Below are positions 37,727 to 47,400 of a stretch of DNA of 64,000 bases, piece by piece. The translations under genes and the position numbers were made by a program. The stretch is from Chthoniobacterales bacterium (lineage in GTDB: Bacteria > Verrucomicrobiota > Verrucomicrobiia > Chthoniobacterales > UBA6821), in NCBI GenBank assembly GCA_036824855.1, contig DAISZK010000001.1, forward strand, positions 345-64,344, written 5' to 3'. The notes beneath the pieces were generated by a model that worked only from the letters and a program-made list of their open reading frames with translations, searched no databases and was not told the DNA's origin. The number at the start of each line of letters is the position of its first letter. The first letter of the stretch is position 1.

Positions 37727-39306
37727 TGCTCTGGGGACAACTTCAAGAAGAGAACGCCATGGGATGGCACTTCAGCAGAATAGGCTCCCTTGAAGGATCC
37801 AAGATCCTTCTGCCGCCAGAGGTCGCGCAGCGACTGCCGACCGGAAAGACCGGCCAGCTTCCAGTCGAGGTTGATCATGGCATTGGTTTCCCCGGTATTG
37901 AAAAGGCCGATCGCCTTGTTGCCGTCGGCAAGCTCCTTGACATAAACCTTTAGGGGTCCATTCGGATTGACACAAACAGCCGGTTTGCATAACTCGTCCT
38001 GATCGACGGCGATCACCTCGTCGTTGGTAATCAGGCCGAGAGTGAAAGGATCAAGATGCTCAAGGTCGCAGCCCAGCAGCAGAGGTGCGGAGAGCAGGCA
38101 CCAGAGCGAGACATGCGTGTACTGCTCGTCGGGTGTCAACCGCTTTAGCTTGCCGCCTCCATTTGCCCCGATCTCGAACATGTCGGGATCATTGAGATGA
38201 CCGGGTGATTGATAGGGCGCCCATTTGCCCTGGTTGAACCCGATGCCCTTGACGCTGTTCCAACTGTCGGTGATGTCGGTCGTCGTCCGCCACGATTCCG
38301 CATTAGGGGCCACTTCACGGATGGTTTTGGAAAGAGAGCCCTCGTGGTTGTTGGAAAGGCTCAGGATGATGTCGCGACCGGACTTTCTAAGAGCCTCGTG
38401 CATGAGGATCACATCAGGCGCCTCGATCGGATTCCAATCGTACTTGAGGTAATCAAATCCCCACTCCGCAAACTGCCGCGCATCCTGCTTCACGAATGAG
38501 TAGCGCCCAATGGCCTTCGGCAGGATTTTCCGGTTGGGAGGATTCTTTCCGGGACCGCTCGGCCACTGGGTCTTGGGATCCCACAATCCATTGGCATCCT
38601 CAGAGGTCGCACCACAGCCCCCTGCGTAAGACATCACCCAAGGGGTGTGATAGATACCCGCCTTGAGTCCCATCCCGTGCATCTGATCGACCATTTTTTT
38701 GATGTCGGGAAACCTCTTCACGCTTGGCTGCAAGGCATTAATAGTGCCGCCTCTGATTCCCTGCCAGCAGTCGTCGATATTCACATAGGACCATCCATGC
38801 CGGTCGAGCTCGGCAGCTTTCATGGCATTGGCAGTGCGAAGCATTTTCTCCTGATCAACTCCTCCATGCCAGCAGTTCCAACTATTCCAGCCCATCGCAG
38901 GTGTGAGGGCTATTCTCTCACCGACCACAATCCTGAAAGGACGTTTAGCTTCACCAATTTCATTACGAGCGATCAGGTTCAACGAGTTGGTGCCGGCAGC
39001 TGATACCGTGCCTGTGATGAGCCCAGTTTTCGCATCTAGAGAGAGCCCTGCAGCGAGACCTTCCGCGGCAAAGGTCATTGGTCTTTTCCCGGTCGCCGGG
39101 ATGGCATAAAAAAACGGCGACCCCGGACGCACACCAAAAACCGAAGGACCATTGATCCGAGGAATCGAAGGAGCAGGTGGAGTCAGCGAAGCAGGCCAGG
39201 CGGGAGTAGGCGCAGGAATGGGATCGCTACCCGCAGTGATTGTCCCAACGAGAACGCCAAGAATGCAAAGCACCAATACAGTTTGACGAGAGAGAAGATT
39301 AGTCAT
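37723..39306 (-). CDS. GH27 family glycosidase with N-terminal Ig-like module (paralog 3)
   Basis: The start is set at ATG 39306 (MTNLLSRQTVLVLCILGVLVG, a signal peptide). Motifs are FAAEGLAAGLSLDAKTGLITG, LTPAMGWNSWNCWHG, VNIDDCWQG and LKYDWNP. Confidence 0.85.
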   Translation of the reverse strand: MTNLLSRQTVLVLCILGVLVGTITAGSDPIPAPTPAWPASLTPPAPSIPRINGPSVFGVRPGSPFFYAIPATGKRPMTFAAEGLAAGLSLDAKTGLITGTVSAAGTNSLNLIARNEIGEAKRPFRIVVGERIALTPAMGWNSWNCWHGGVDQEKMLRTANAMKAAELDRHGWSYVNIDDCWQGIRGGTINALQPSVKRFPDIKKMVDQMHGMGLKAGIYHTPWVMSYAGGCGATSEDANGLWDPKTQWPSGPGKNPPNRKILPKAIGRYSFVKQDARQFAEWGFDYLKYDWNPIEAPDVILMHEALRKSGRDIILSLSNNHEGSLSKTIREVAPNAESWRTTTDITDSWNSVKGIGFNQGKWAPYQSPGHLNDPDMFEIGANGGGKLKRLTPDEQYTHVSLWCLLSAPLLLGCDLEHLDPFTLGLITNDEVIAVDQDELCKPAVCVNPNGPLKVYVKELADGNKAIGLFNTGETNAMINLDWKLAGLSGRQSLRDLWRQKDLGSFKGAYSAEVPSHGVLFLKLSPEH

Positions 39307-39326
39307 GTTGTCTGATAAAAATCGGT

Positions 39327-41735
39327 TCAATCCAAAATCGGCTTGACCCCCAACAACTTGGACAACAGGGGTTCCAAGGCCTTGGCTGCAGCCGTTGCTC
39401 CAGCGGCATTGGGATGAACAAGATCAGGCATCAGGGAGGGATTGATCTTTCCATCAGGTTTGAGAAAGACATCTCCAACATCAATCCAGCACGCTTGCTT
39501 GCCATCCGCAAGGGCTTTGGTAAGTTCCCCCGCGCGCTTGAGTTCCTCCGCCATCTTTAAGGAACGGGTGTATTTGCGACCAAAAGGGGTTTGATCCCCC
39601 ACTGCACCGCAAGGATAGGGCCTTTTGATGATGATCATGCTGGAGGGATGCTTCTGACGAATCAGGTCCACGATCGCTTTTGTTCCGGCAAAGACCTCCT
39701 CCGCCGTATGGACGGACTTGTAGTGTTGGTCATCCGTATCGTTAGTGCCGATCAGAAGAACGAAGACTTTGGGTGATTTCTGAAAATCGAGTTCACCCTC
39801 CTGAAGGTTCTTGAGAATGCCCTCGGTCCGATAACCGGAATAACCTAGATTCAGAGCGTTACGTGGCGCGTAATACTTAGCCCAGACCGCCTTGAGCGGC
39901 TCCCATTCACCTCCTCCCTCAAGGGTTTGCGTGATGGAATCTCCAACCAAGACAAGGTCATAATGACCGGTGCGCACCGCCTGAACTTTCTGTTGATGAC
40001 GACTGGGAGCAGGTTTTTCGACCTCTTGGCCGGTGGTCCACTTGTCAGTTCTGAACGGCTCGGCAGGGAGACCTTCAGCGTTGTAGAGGTTGCAATCAGG
40101 GTTGTCAGCCCACGCATAACGCACTGCAACGGGCTCGGGTATCAGGTCACTGGAAACAATCACCTTGTCACCTTGGATCGTCGCTTTTGCCCATTTCCAC
40201 AGTTGATCTTGTCCAGCAATTGCAAATCCCCTCACCTCACCCGGGGTGTTTAATGTATTCGTTGTCTTTGATGAGGCAGGTGGATCCGCAGATTGGAATG
40301 CGGATGGCGGCGCGCCGACGACCAGACCGCCGCCGATATTGGTGAAGGTGACAACGGCGTTGCTTCCCTGGATGGCAAGCGAACCATATCGTGGTCCTGA
40401 ATCCACAAGATATTCGCCATAGACTTTCTTCCGAGCAAGCAGAGCGAGTCGGAGTCCCACATCGGCTTTGTCTCCCGGATGAATATCGCCACCGTTACCG
40501 ATATCGATGCTGGTCGCCATGCCGGTATTCGGCAACTTCAGCGCCGATGCCTGAGCCTCCCTCAGATGAGCCCATGAAGACTCGGAGGGATCGGTTTTGC
40601 GCTGCTTGTAATTGGCCAACTGCACGAAAAGAAACGGGAAATCCCCACCACCCCAACGCTCCCTCCAGTCGGTGATCATCCCGAGGAAACGATTATGATA
40701 ACCGGCGGAATCGTAGGCATCCGACTCTCCCTGATACCAGATCACTCCCTGAATCGCGTAGGGAATGAGTGGAGCGATCATCCCGTTAAACAGCACGGCA
40801 GGCGTGTTTTGGGAAATCCGGGGCTCTTCCAATTTGGGCTCCGGCTTCGGGGGTTGGGGCGCCTGCCTCTTGTCAAAGGTGGGCTTCTTGGACTCCTCCT
40901 TCCAGGCGGCCAATATCTTGAGATATTCGGGACCCACCTCTTGTTCCCATTTGCTGTGCAACTCTGGAAATGCAGCCTGATCCTGCTGATATTTGGCAAT
41001 CCGCGCGGGCCATCCCTGCTTCGCTCCATCGATCCATTTGAGCCAACCGCGGAGTGACTCGTTTTTCTCCAAAGTTTCATGGCTGATCCATGCAATGATT
41101 TGGGTTCCGCCCCAGGATGACTCAATGAGACCCACCGGATGAGCTGTTTTCCCAAGGATCTCTCGTCCGAAAAAGTATCCCACGGCTGAAAAGCCGTTCC
41201 ACCGTCCCCTCACGATGCTTTCCGGAGTGCATTCCACCCATTTACCCGAAAAATCCTCGGAGGAATCGATGACAGAAACATCCGTCGCAGGATCCAACAA
41301 GGGAGTTCTCTTCACGAGGAAGAGTCTTAGATTGGGGTGGGATGCTTTCGTGATTTCTTCCTTGTCCCTGAGGGACTTCATCCCGAATTCCATGTTGGAT
41401 TGCCCTGAACAAAGCCATACCGAACCAACGACCACATTGTGAATCGTCACCGTGTTCTTACCTGCAACGGTCATGATACCTGGCACATCACTTGCATTCA
41501 GCGAATCAAGGAGAAGGCTCCACTTGCCTGTGGAATCGGCGACTGTCTCCTTGGTCTGCCCAGAAATAGAGACTGTTATCTTTTCTCCAGGTTCTGCCGT
41601 TCCCCAGATGGGCAGCGGTTTCCCGGACTGAAGACACATATTATCGCTAAGGATCGCCGGGAGTTTCACATCGGCATGGAGGATGCCGGTGAACACAAAG
41701 CAGAGAAAAGCCGTCTGAAAATTATATTTTTTCAC
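39327..41735 (-). CDS. Two-module carbohydrate esterase: sialate O-acetylesterase-like (SASA) domain fused to an SGNH/GDSL hydrolase domain
   Basis: The protein has a signal peptide and a GTG start. The SASA part includes VWLCSGQSNMEF and VIWYQGESDA. The C-terminal ~240 aa (from about nt 40057 down) carry LVLVGDSITQ, VLLIGTNDT and DLVHPNAAG, the SGNH blocks I, III and V. Confidence 0.8.
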   Translation of the reverse strand: MKKYNFQTAFLCFVFTGILHADVKLPAILSDNMCLQSGKPLPIWGTAEPGEKITVSISGQTKETVADSTGKWSLLLDSLNASDVPGIMTVAGKNTVTIHNVVVGSVWLCSGQSNMEFGMKSLRDKEEITKASHPNLRLFLVKRTPLLDPATDVSVIDSSEDFSGKWVECTPESIVRGRWNGFSAVGYFFGREILGKTAHPVGLIESSWGGTQIIAWISHETLEKNESLRGWLKWIDGAKQGWPARIAKYQQDQAAFPELHSKWEQEVGPEYLKILAAWKEESKKPTFDKRQAPQPPKPEPKLEEPRISQNTPAVLFNGMIAPLIPYAIQGVIWYQGESDAYDSAGYHNRFLGMITDWRERWGGGDFPFLFVQLANYKQRKTDPSESSWAHLREAQASALKLPNTGMATSIDIGNGGDIHPGDKADVGLRLALLARKKVYGEYLVDSGPRYGSLAIQGSNAVVTFTNIGGGLVVGAPPSAFQSADPPASSKTTNTLNTPGEVRGFAIAGQDQLWKWAKATIQGDKVIVSSDLIPEPVAVRYAWADNPDCNLYNAEGLPAEPFRTDKWTTGQEVEKPAPSRHQQKVQAVRTGHYDLVLVGDSITQTLEGGGEWEPLKAVWAKYYAPRNALNLGYSGYRTEGILKNLQEGELDFQKSPKVFVLLIGTNDTDDQHYKSVHTAEEVFAGTKAIVDLIRQKHPSSMIIIKRPYPCGAVGDQTPFGRKYTRSLKMAEELKRAGELTKALADGKQACWIDVGDVFLKPDGKINPSLMPDLVHPNAAGATAAAKALEPLLSKLLGVKPILD

Positions 41736-41862
41736 AAGGAACCGAGATGATCGTATTTTGTGATTGGTCGATTTTTTTTAGAAATCGGGCTCCTAAACAG
41801 AGCAATACACAAGAGAGCCGCGCGTAGAAAACTGTTCGGGGTTGGTAGGAAGTTTTTAAGTT

Positions 41863-44439
41863 CTATGATTTACGGCGTTCAACACCGACCACAGAGCGTT
41901 GATCAGATTCCACCGAGAAATGGAGTGAGTCCTTCTGACCTGGCCACGCCACAGTTGCGGTTGCAGACTTCGCATCATAAGTCACCACTGGCAGGGACTC
42001 TCCACCCTTAACGGGAATTAGGAGGATCCGAAAACGGGGATCGATCCCCTTTTGAGTTGCAAGCAGCCGAGTCTTCAGGGGGCTGCCCCCGGCCACTGTG
42101 GTTCCGGCAAGTTCCTCGAGACGCACCGGATCATTCTCATCCCCCACCAGATTGGATCTGTTGGTGGAAGCCTCGCTCTTCTCCAATCCCAAGAAACAGA
42201 GCATTAACCCAGGCGCACCCTTGGGTAGGGTCTCAGGGGGCTCCATGCGGTCCCATTCTGCCGGTCCGGCAGATCTCGCGAGAATGACAGAAACAGGCGC
42301 ATCTGCAGCGCGATTCGTCACAGGCAACATTCTGGTTCCCGCAGGAAGTTGCATGAGCCAGTCATAGGAATGTTCCTTGCCATCCTTGGAAATGTCATCG
42401 ACCACAAGTGCATACGGATGCTTGCCGTTGATGATCCCCGCACTTCGGAATGCATACTGCACCGGGTTTCCTTCGATGCGCATTGTCGGCCCCCAGTTCG
42501 AGCGGGTGTAGTCGTCTCCCCAGATCCTCATCTTGTAATTCTGGGTCCCCTTGAAATGAGCAACGACCTCCGGATCGGTCTCGACGCTCAGCTTCCAGGA
42601 GGCAAAGGCAGGATCATGCCAGCTGAAATGCATCGGCGTGGTCCAACCGAAGTCATAGGCGTTCTTGAGATCCGATGAGGCCATGACCAGCGGGCCGTTA
42701 GTCTGCACGCCCAGATATCCGACCTTCGGCGCCGCCGAGACATCGGAGTGACCTTTCCCGTCGACCCTCACGGTGTTGTGATCCGATGAGTAGGAGGATT
42801 TCGGCCCGGCCTCGACAGCCCACATCACACCTCCTGCGGCCAGATAAAACTGACCAGAGTCGTGATGCTGGTGACCGACATGACGGAGATCAGGGCGCGC
42901 TTCAAACATCATGTAGAGAGCATCCTGCTGATCACCGCTGCGAGCCGCGAACAGACCATGGTCAGGATCGTTGAACACATTCGGAAGATGGAGGTCAGAC
43001 CTGTCCCAAGAGGGCTTCAGGGATCCATCCTCGTTACGGCAGCCCTTCCAATCGAGTGTGGTGAAAATATCCGGCGTCGTGATCGTTTCCACCATCTTGA
43101 AATTATCCAAGGGAAGTTTTTGAGGATCGGTCGTCGTTTGTTTCTGATCCTGATCGGAACGCCCTTGTCGGAGGAGCCAATCGGCCGCCTTGTCGTCTGG
43201 ATAGAGCGCCTTCAGAAAGGAGGCCAGGTTACCCCAGAACGGGGCACATCCCCAGGTGCCGTTGTTCACATTGATTGCCCCCTGGGGAACGACATCCTGA
43301 ACTTGGGCGGCGGTGAGTTTTCTGAGATGGGGATTGCCGAGGTAGTTCTCGCCGCGGCGGGCCAGGGCCACACCCGAAGTCAGTGCGTAAAGAAGCCCCG
43401 CGCCGTTCTTTCCGTTCGTCTCGAAGATCACCCCGTGGGGATCAATACCCCATGTGAAGTAATCGCGCACGGTCTCGGAGGCCACTTTGCGGATCTCGGG
43501 ATCGTATCCCTCCTCATCCTCAATGGCCAGGGCCGTAAGAAAATGGGTCAGATCCCATCCGGTCCAATTCGTATCCCTCCATGGGCTAGGGCCGTTCTCC
43601 CCGTAGGCAAGTTTTCCTGATGTTGCCTTGGCGATAACCCGACGCATGATCGTCTTCTGCTCCGGAGTCATCCACTTGGCCGCAAGGTCATAACCGAATC
43701 CAAGATTGGAAGCGGAAACCAACTGGTGAAACGAACGCCAGTAATCGGGTGGCGAATCTTTGTTCTCATTGACCTTATCAATCAGAGGTTCCCTCAGTTT
43801 CCAGTAGTTTGCCATGGCGGCCGCGACCATTTTTCCTCGGAGTTCGTCATTATCCAGAAGGGCACGGAAGGAGGCAGCCTCGAGAAGTCGTGGCAGATAC
43901 CCTGCATGAGGAGTCAGTTTTCCTTGAAGTTTGTATCCCTTGAAATAGTGCCAGACGAATCCAGTCTTCTCATCGACCAGCCACTCGAGACCCGCAAGAT
44001 CTCCAGAGGAGAGCTTGGCAAAGATCTTACCCTCGTCAGACTTGTCGTCATAGAGGGTCTTGGAGAGAGCCAAGTCTGTCTGAGCGAGGAGTTGGCGCCC
44101 ATTGATCGTCGACTCGAGTTGTTTCTTGATGACAGGAACATCCTCGGGGCTGAAGAGGATGCGAGGATGCACGCCCGGCGGCGGAACCTTGGAGTAGAGG
44201 CGGCTTTGATCGAATCCCGTCAAGTCATAATCTGATTTGGGAATGACAGGCCAAGCGGTCTCCGGCCCTTCAAACAAAGCAATCTGCTCAGGAGTAGCAA
44301 ACTGGGTCCATTTTGGCTGTGAGGATAGGTTCGTGCTGCTTTTTATCAGGGCCTCTGGGTCGTCAAGAATGCGGGGGGTGTCGGCACAAACGAATCCTGC
44401 CGAGAGAAAGCCAAGCGCGATAAAAAGTCTCTTGTTCAT
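41863..44439 (-). CDS. Secreted heparinase II/III-fold protein (putative polysaccharide lyase or related)
   Basis: The start is trimmed to ATG 44439 (MNKRLFIALGFLSAGFVCA, a signal peptide). The block RHVGHQHHDSGQFYLAAGGVMWAVEAGP matches the heparinase II/III pattern GHxHxDxGxFxL...G...W..D.G. The N-terminal half looks helical. Confidence 0.55.
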   Translation of the reverse strand: MNKRLFIALGFLSAGFVCADTPRILDDPEALIKSSTNLSSQPKWTQFATPEQIALFEGPETAWPVIPKSDYDLTGFDQSRLYSKVPPPGVHPRILFSPEDVPVIKKQLESTINGRQLLAQTDLALSKTLYDDKSDEGKIFAKLSSGDLAGLEWLVDEKTGFVWHYFKGYKLQGKLTPHAGYLPRLLEAASFRALLDNDELRGKMVAAAMANYWKLREPLIDKVNENKDSPPDYWRSFHQLVSASNLGFGYDLAAKWMTPEQKTIMRRVIAKATSGKLAYGENGPSPWRDTNWTGWDLTHFLTALAIEDEEGYDPEIRKVASETVRDYFTWGIDPHGVIFETNGKNGAGLLYALTSGVALARRGENYLGNPHLRKLTAAQVQDVVPQGAINVNNGTWGCAPFWGNLASFLKALYPDDKAADWLLRQGRSDQDQKQTTTDPQKLPLDNFKMVETITTPDIFTTLDWKGCRNEDGSLKPSWDRSDLHLPNVFNDPDHGLFAARSGDQQDALYMMFEARPDLRHVGHQHHDSGQFYLAAGGVMWAVEAGPKSSYSSDHNTVRVDGKGHSDVSAAPKVGYLGVQTNGPLVMASSDLKNAYDFGWTTPMHFSWHDPAFASWKLSVETDPEVVAHFKGTQNYKMRIWGDDYTRSNWGPTMRIEGNPVQYAFRSAGIINGKHPYALVVDDISKDGKEHSYDWLMQLPAGTRMLPVTNRAADAPVSVILARSAGPAEWDRMEPPETLPKGAPGLMLCFLGLEKSEASTNRSNLVGDENDPVRLEELAGTTVAGGSPLKTRLLATQKGIDPRFRILLIPVKGGESLPVVTYDAKSATATVAWPGQKDSLHFSVESDQRSVVGVERRKS

Positions 44440-44449
44440 TATTGGATTC

Positions 44450-47400
44450 TTATTTTGAGGATGGGGAGACGTAGTTAAGGAAGTTGCAGAAGAGCTTCCG
44501 CGCGACCTCTGCAGGCGATTCCGGATTGTCGAGCTGCTCAATGATATCGAGACCGGAAATGATCACCCTCCCCTTTCCTACAGGAAGGATCGAGACAGCC
44601 GATCCCAGTTGCATGGGCCAAGTATGGTAGGCGCCAGCAATGAGTTCCCCCCCATTGATCTGAAGTGCCGTCCGTCGTCCTCCGACCACTCCCTGGTAAG
44701 GCCAGTTCAGGGCTTGGTTGACAGGGAGTCCCGCGAAGAGCGGATGATCCTTCACAAAGTACTGTCCGCCAAGCCAGCTGCCACCCAGTACGAACCCTTT
44801 GCCCTGCAGGGTGCCCGCAGTCTTTCCTAGCGCATCGAGCCAGTTTTCGGCGTGATCGAGAATCAGCACGGTCGTTCCATCCCGAGCAGCCCTTTGCAGG
44901 ACTTGATCCGCCGTAATCTTCTCGGGAATCGGCGTCTGCCAGAGCATCTGCATCTGGGCAGAGAAGTTTTTCTGCAGGAGTTCGACACGGATCGGCACAG
45001 GCCTGCCTCCCTTCAACGCCAACTTGAACTGCTTCGTGGCCGACCGACCCGGCTTGGATTCGTCAAGCAGTTGCTTCCCATCGATCCAGAGTCGGGCACC
45101 ATTACGGTACTTCAGCGTCAGCCCGTATTCACCGTCGACAGGAGGAACAAGATTGCCCTCCCATTGGACGGAGTAATTTTCGATCAGCGGAACGTGGGAA
45201 TCCGGAGAGGCACCGAAGGACACATTGAGATCAACATTCCGGTCAATACGGCGATAGAGCGGCTTAGAGAACTCCTCCCCGTTGAAGAAACTGACAGCGA
45301 GACCGGGGGTTTTGCCATCAGGTTGGAGGAAGGATTCCTTGGGAATCATTGAAGGCTCATTGAACGGAGACTTGGCCACAATCAGCCAATCCAACTTCGC
45401 TTGGGTATCATCGAAGATCGGGGCATCGATCCCCTTCCCTTCCTTGAGGAAGTCCCGAACTCGGGAGCCATTCTCGAAGACGGCACCGGTCCCGGTGATC
45501 GGGATATGTTTCCAATCAACCGCCAGGACCTGATCATGCCCCGAGGCCTTCACATTTCCTTGCGGATCTATCAGGGAAGCCGAGATGGTGCTCATCCCCT
45601 GCTCTTCTGTCAGAGGAATCTCCACCCCTTCGCTCAAGAGCTGACCATAAATTTCCCCTCCACTTGCCCGAACCGGCAGATCCTTAGAAAAGGTCTGTTT
45701 ACCATCGGGACCGGATGTCGTGATTCGAAGTGTGAGGGCACCTTTCAGATCCTTTTCATTGATCAGATAAAAATCGATGGTAACGCTTCCCGGGAACGGG
45801 CTGATCTGACGCCGTGGCTTCACCGCCACATAGAGCGGTTGGTTATAGTAAGCCAGAATGGAGGGATCGGCCTTGGGATTGCGGAAGCAATCAACCACTC
45901 CCGAATGGTTCTCGATCAACTCGGACTCCCAGCCGTTGATCGCGTAGCCGTCATTGGCATCACAGATGCGAGTGTCCTCGATCTTGCGTCCCTGGTGCTC
46001 AATGCTGACGACTCCCATCGCCTTGCAGAGATCATCAACGTTCGGGAAGGCACCGCGCAGATTGTTTGAGGTGAGATACCCGTCAAAGGCCGCATACCAG
46101 TCACGGTAGACCTGCCCGTCCCAACCGAGATTCGTGACACCATCGAGGGATTTCTCGATCAGTCCAAGACGCGGCGGTGCGGAAACCGCCCCTTCCTCGC
46201 CCCAGTAAACCTCCTCCGTAGCGTTTGTGGTGTAGCCGTAGTGGTGGGTGGGATCCTTGTAGAACTCCTGCTTCCAGAGTTCTGGCCCGCTGGCTCGGTG
46301 GAAGTCCCACCATCCATTCATATGAACCTCCATGTCAAAGGGTCTCATATTCATCTTGGCAGGATCGTTTTTCGGATCCGGTGCACGCCCTGCCCAAGCC
46401 GAGGTGTAAACAATCAGACGGCTCGGATCGATGGCATGGGCATCGCGGAGGTCGCGACGATGGATGTCGAAGAGGGCGGTGTTCGTGTTCGCACCCCACT
46501 TGTCCCATTGCTCGTTGATCATGTTGTAGATGATGAGGGAGGGATGACTCCGATCCCGCTTCACCATACGGAGAAGTTTTTCACGGCAGATCGCCTGAGC
46601 AAAGGGATCGTCCTTGCCGGAGACATAGCCACCCGGTTCCTCAAAATAGAGCAGACCCATTTCATCCGCCTTGTCAAAGATGATGGGGTTGCCAATGCAT
46701 CGATGGAAATTGAGCATGTTCAGTCCGTAATCCTTAGCGGTCTGGACCTGCTTGGCCGCAAGTTCAGGAGATGGGAAGACTCCATTGATCGGCCAGAACC
46801 CCCAACTGATTGCGGTGCGAAGCACTGTACGCTTACCATTGAGTCGCAGGACAGCATCGCTGCCGATCCCATCTGGTGAAAACCAACGGAAACCAAAGGT
46901 ACGGGAATCCATGTCTGAATTCTTGTCATCGGATTTCAGGGTGACCGTCATCGTGTAGAGCTCAGGCGTCTCCACGCTCCAGAGCTTTGCATCAAGAACA
47001 GAGACAGGGCAGGTGATCGTCGATTCTCCGGGAGCGAACTCAAGTCCAGTGAGTTCCTTGCTAAAGACCTGCTTGCCCGTGGCTTTTTCAACAACGGAGA
47101 CCACGGCCCTGCCAGCCAGTTTTTTGGAGGAGGTGTTCTTTACCGTCGCGATGGCATTGACCGTGGTCTTTTCAGGCGTATTCTGAATATAGAGATCATT
47201 GACATAGAGCGGATCCGTGACGGCAAGATGCACTCCGCCGGTCACGCCTCCAAACCCGTGACCCAAGGGAATAAGGTGATTTCCCCACTTGAAGGGATCG
47301 ACATCCTTCCAATCGAAATTCCCACCTGGATTGGTGACACGAACAGCCAATTGAACCTTCTGCCCAGGTTTCACCACCTTGGAGATGTCGGCCTCGAACG

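Noticed and set aside
41769-41787. An AT-rich hairpin (CGATTT / AAATCG with a 7-nt loop) between the heparinase-fold gene and the double esterase gene.
   Set aside because: It has only 6 AT-rich base pairs, no U-tract on the transcribed (minus) strand after the stem, and low predicted stability. This is not convincing as a terminator.
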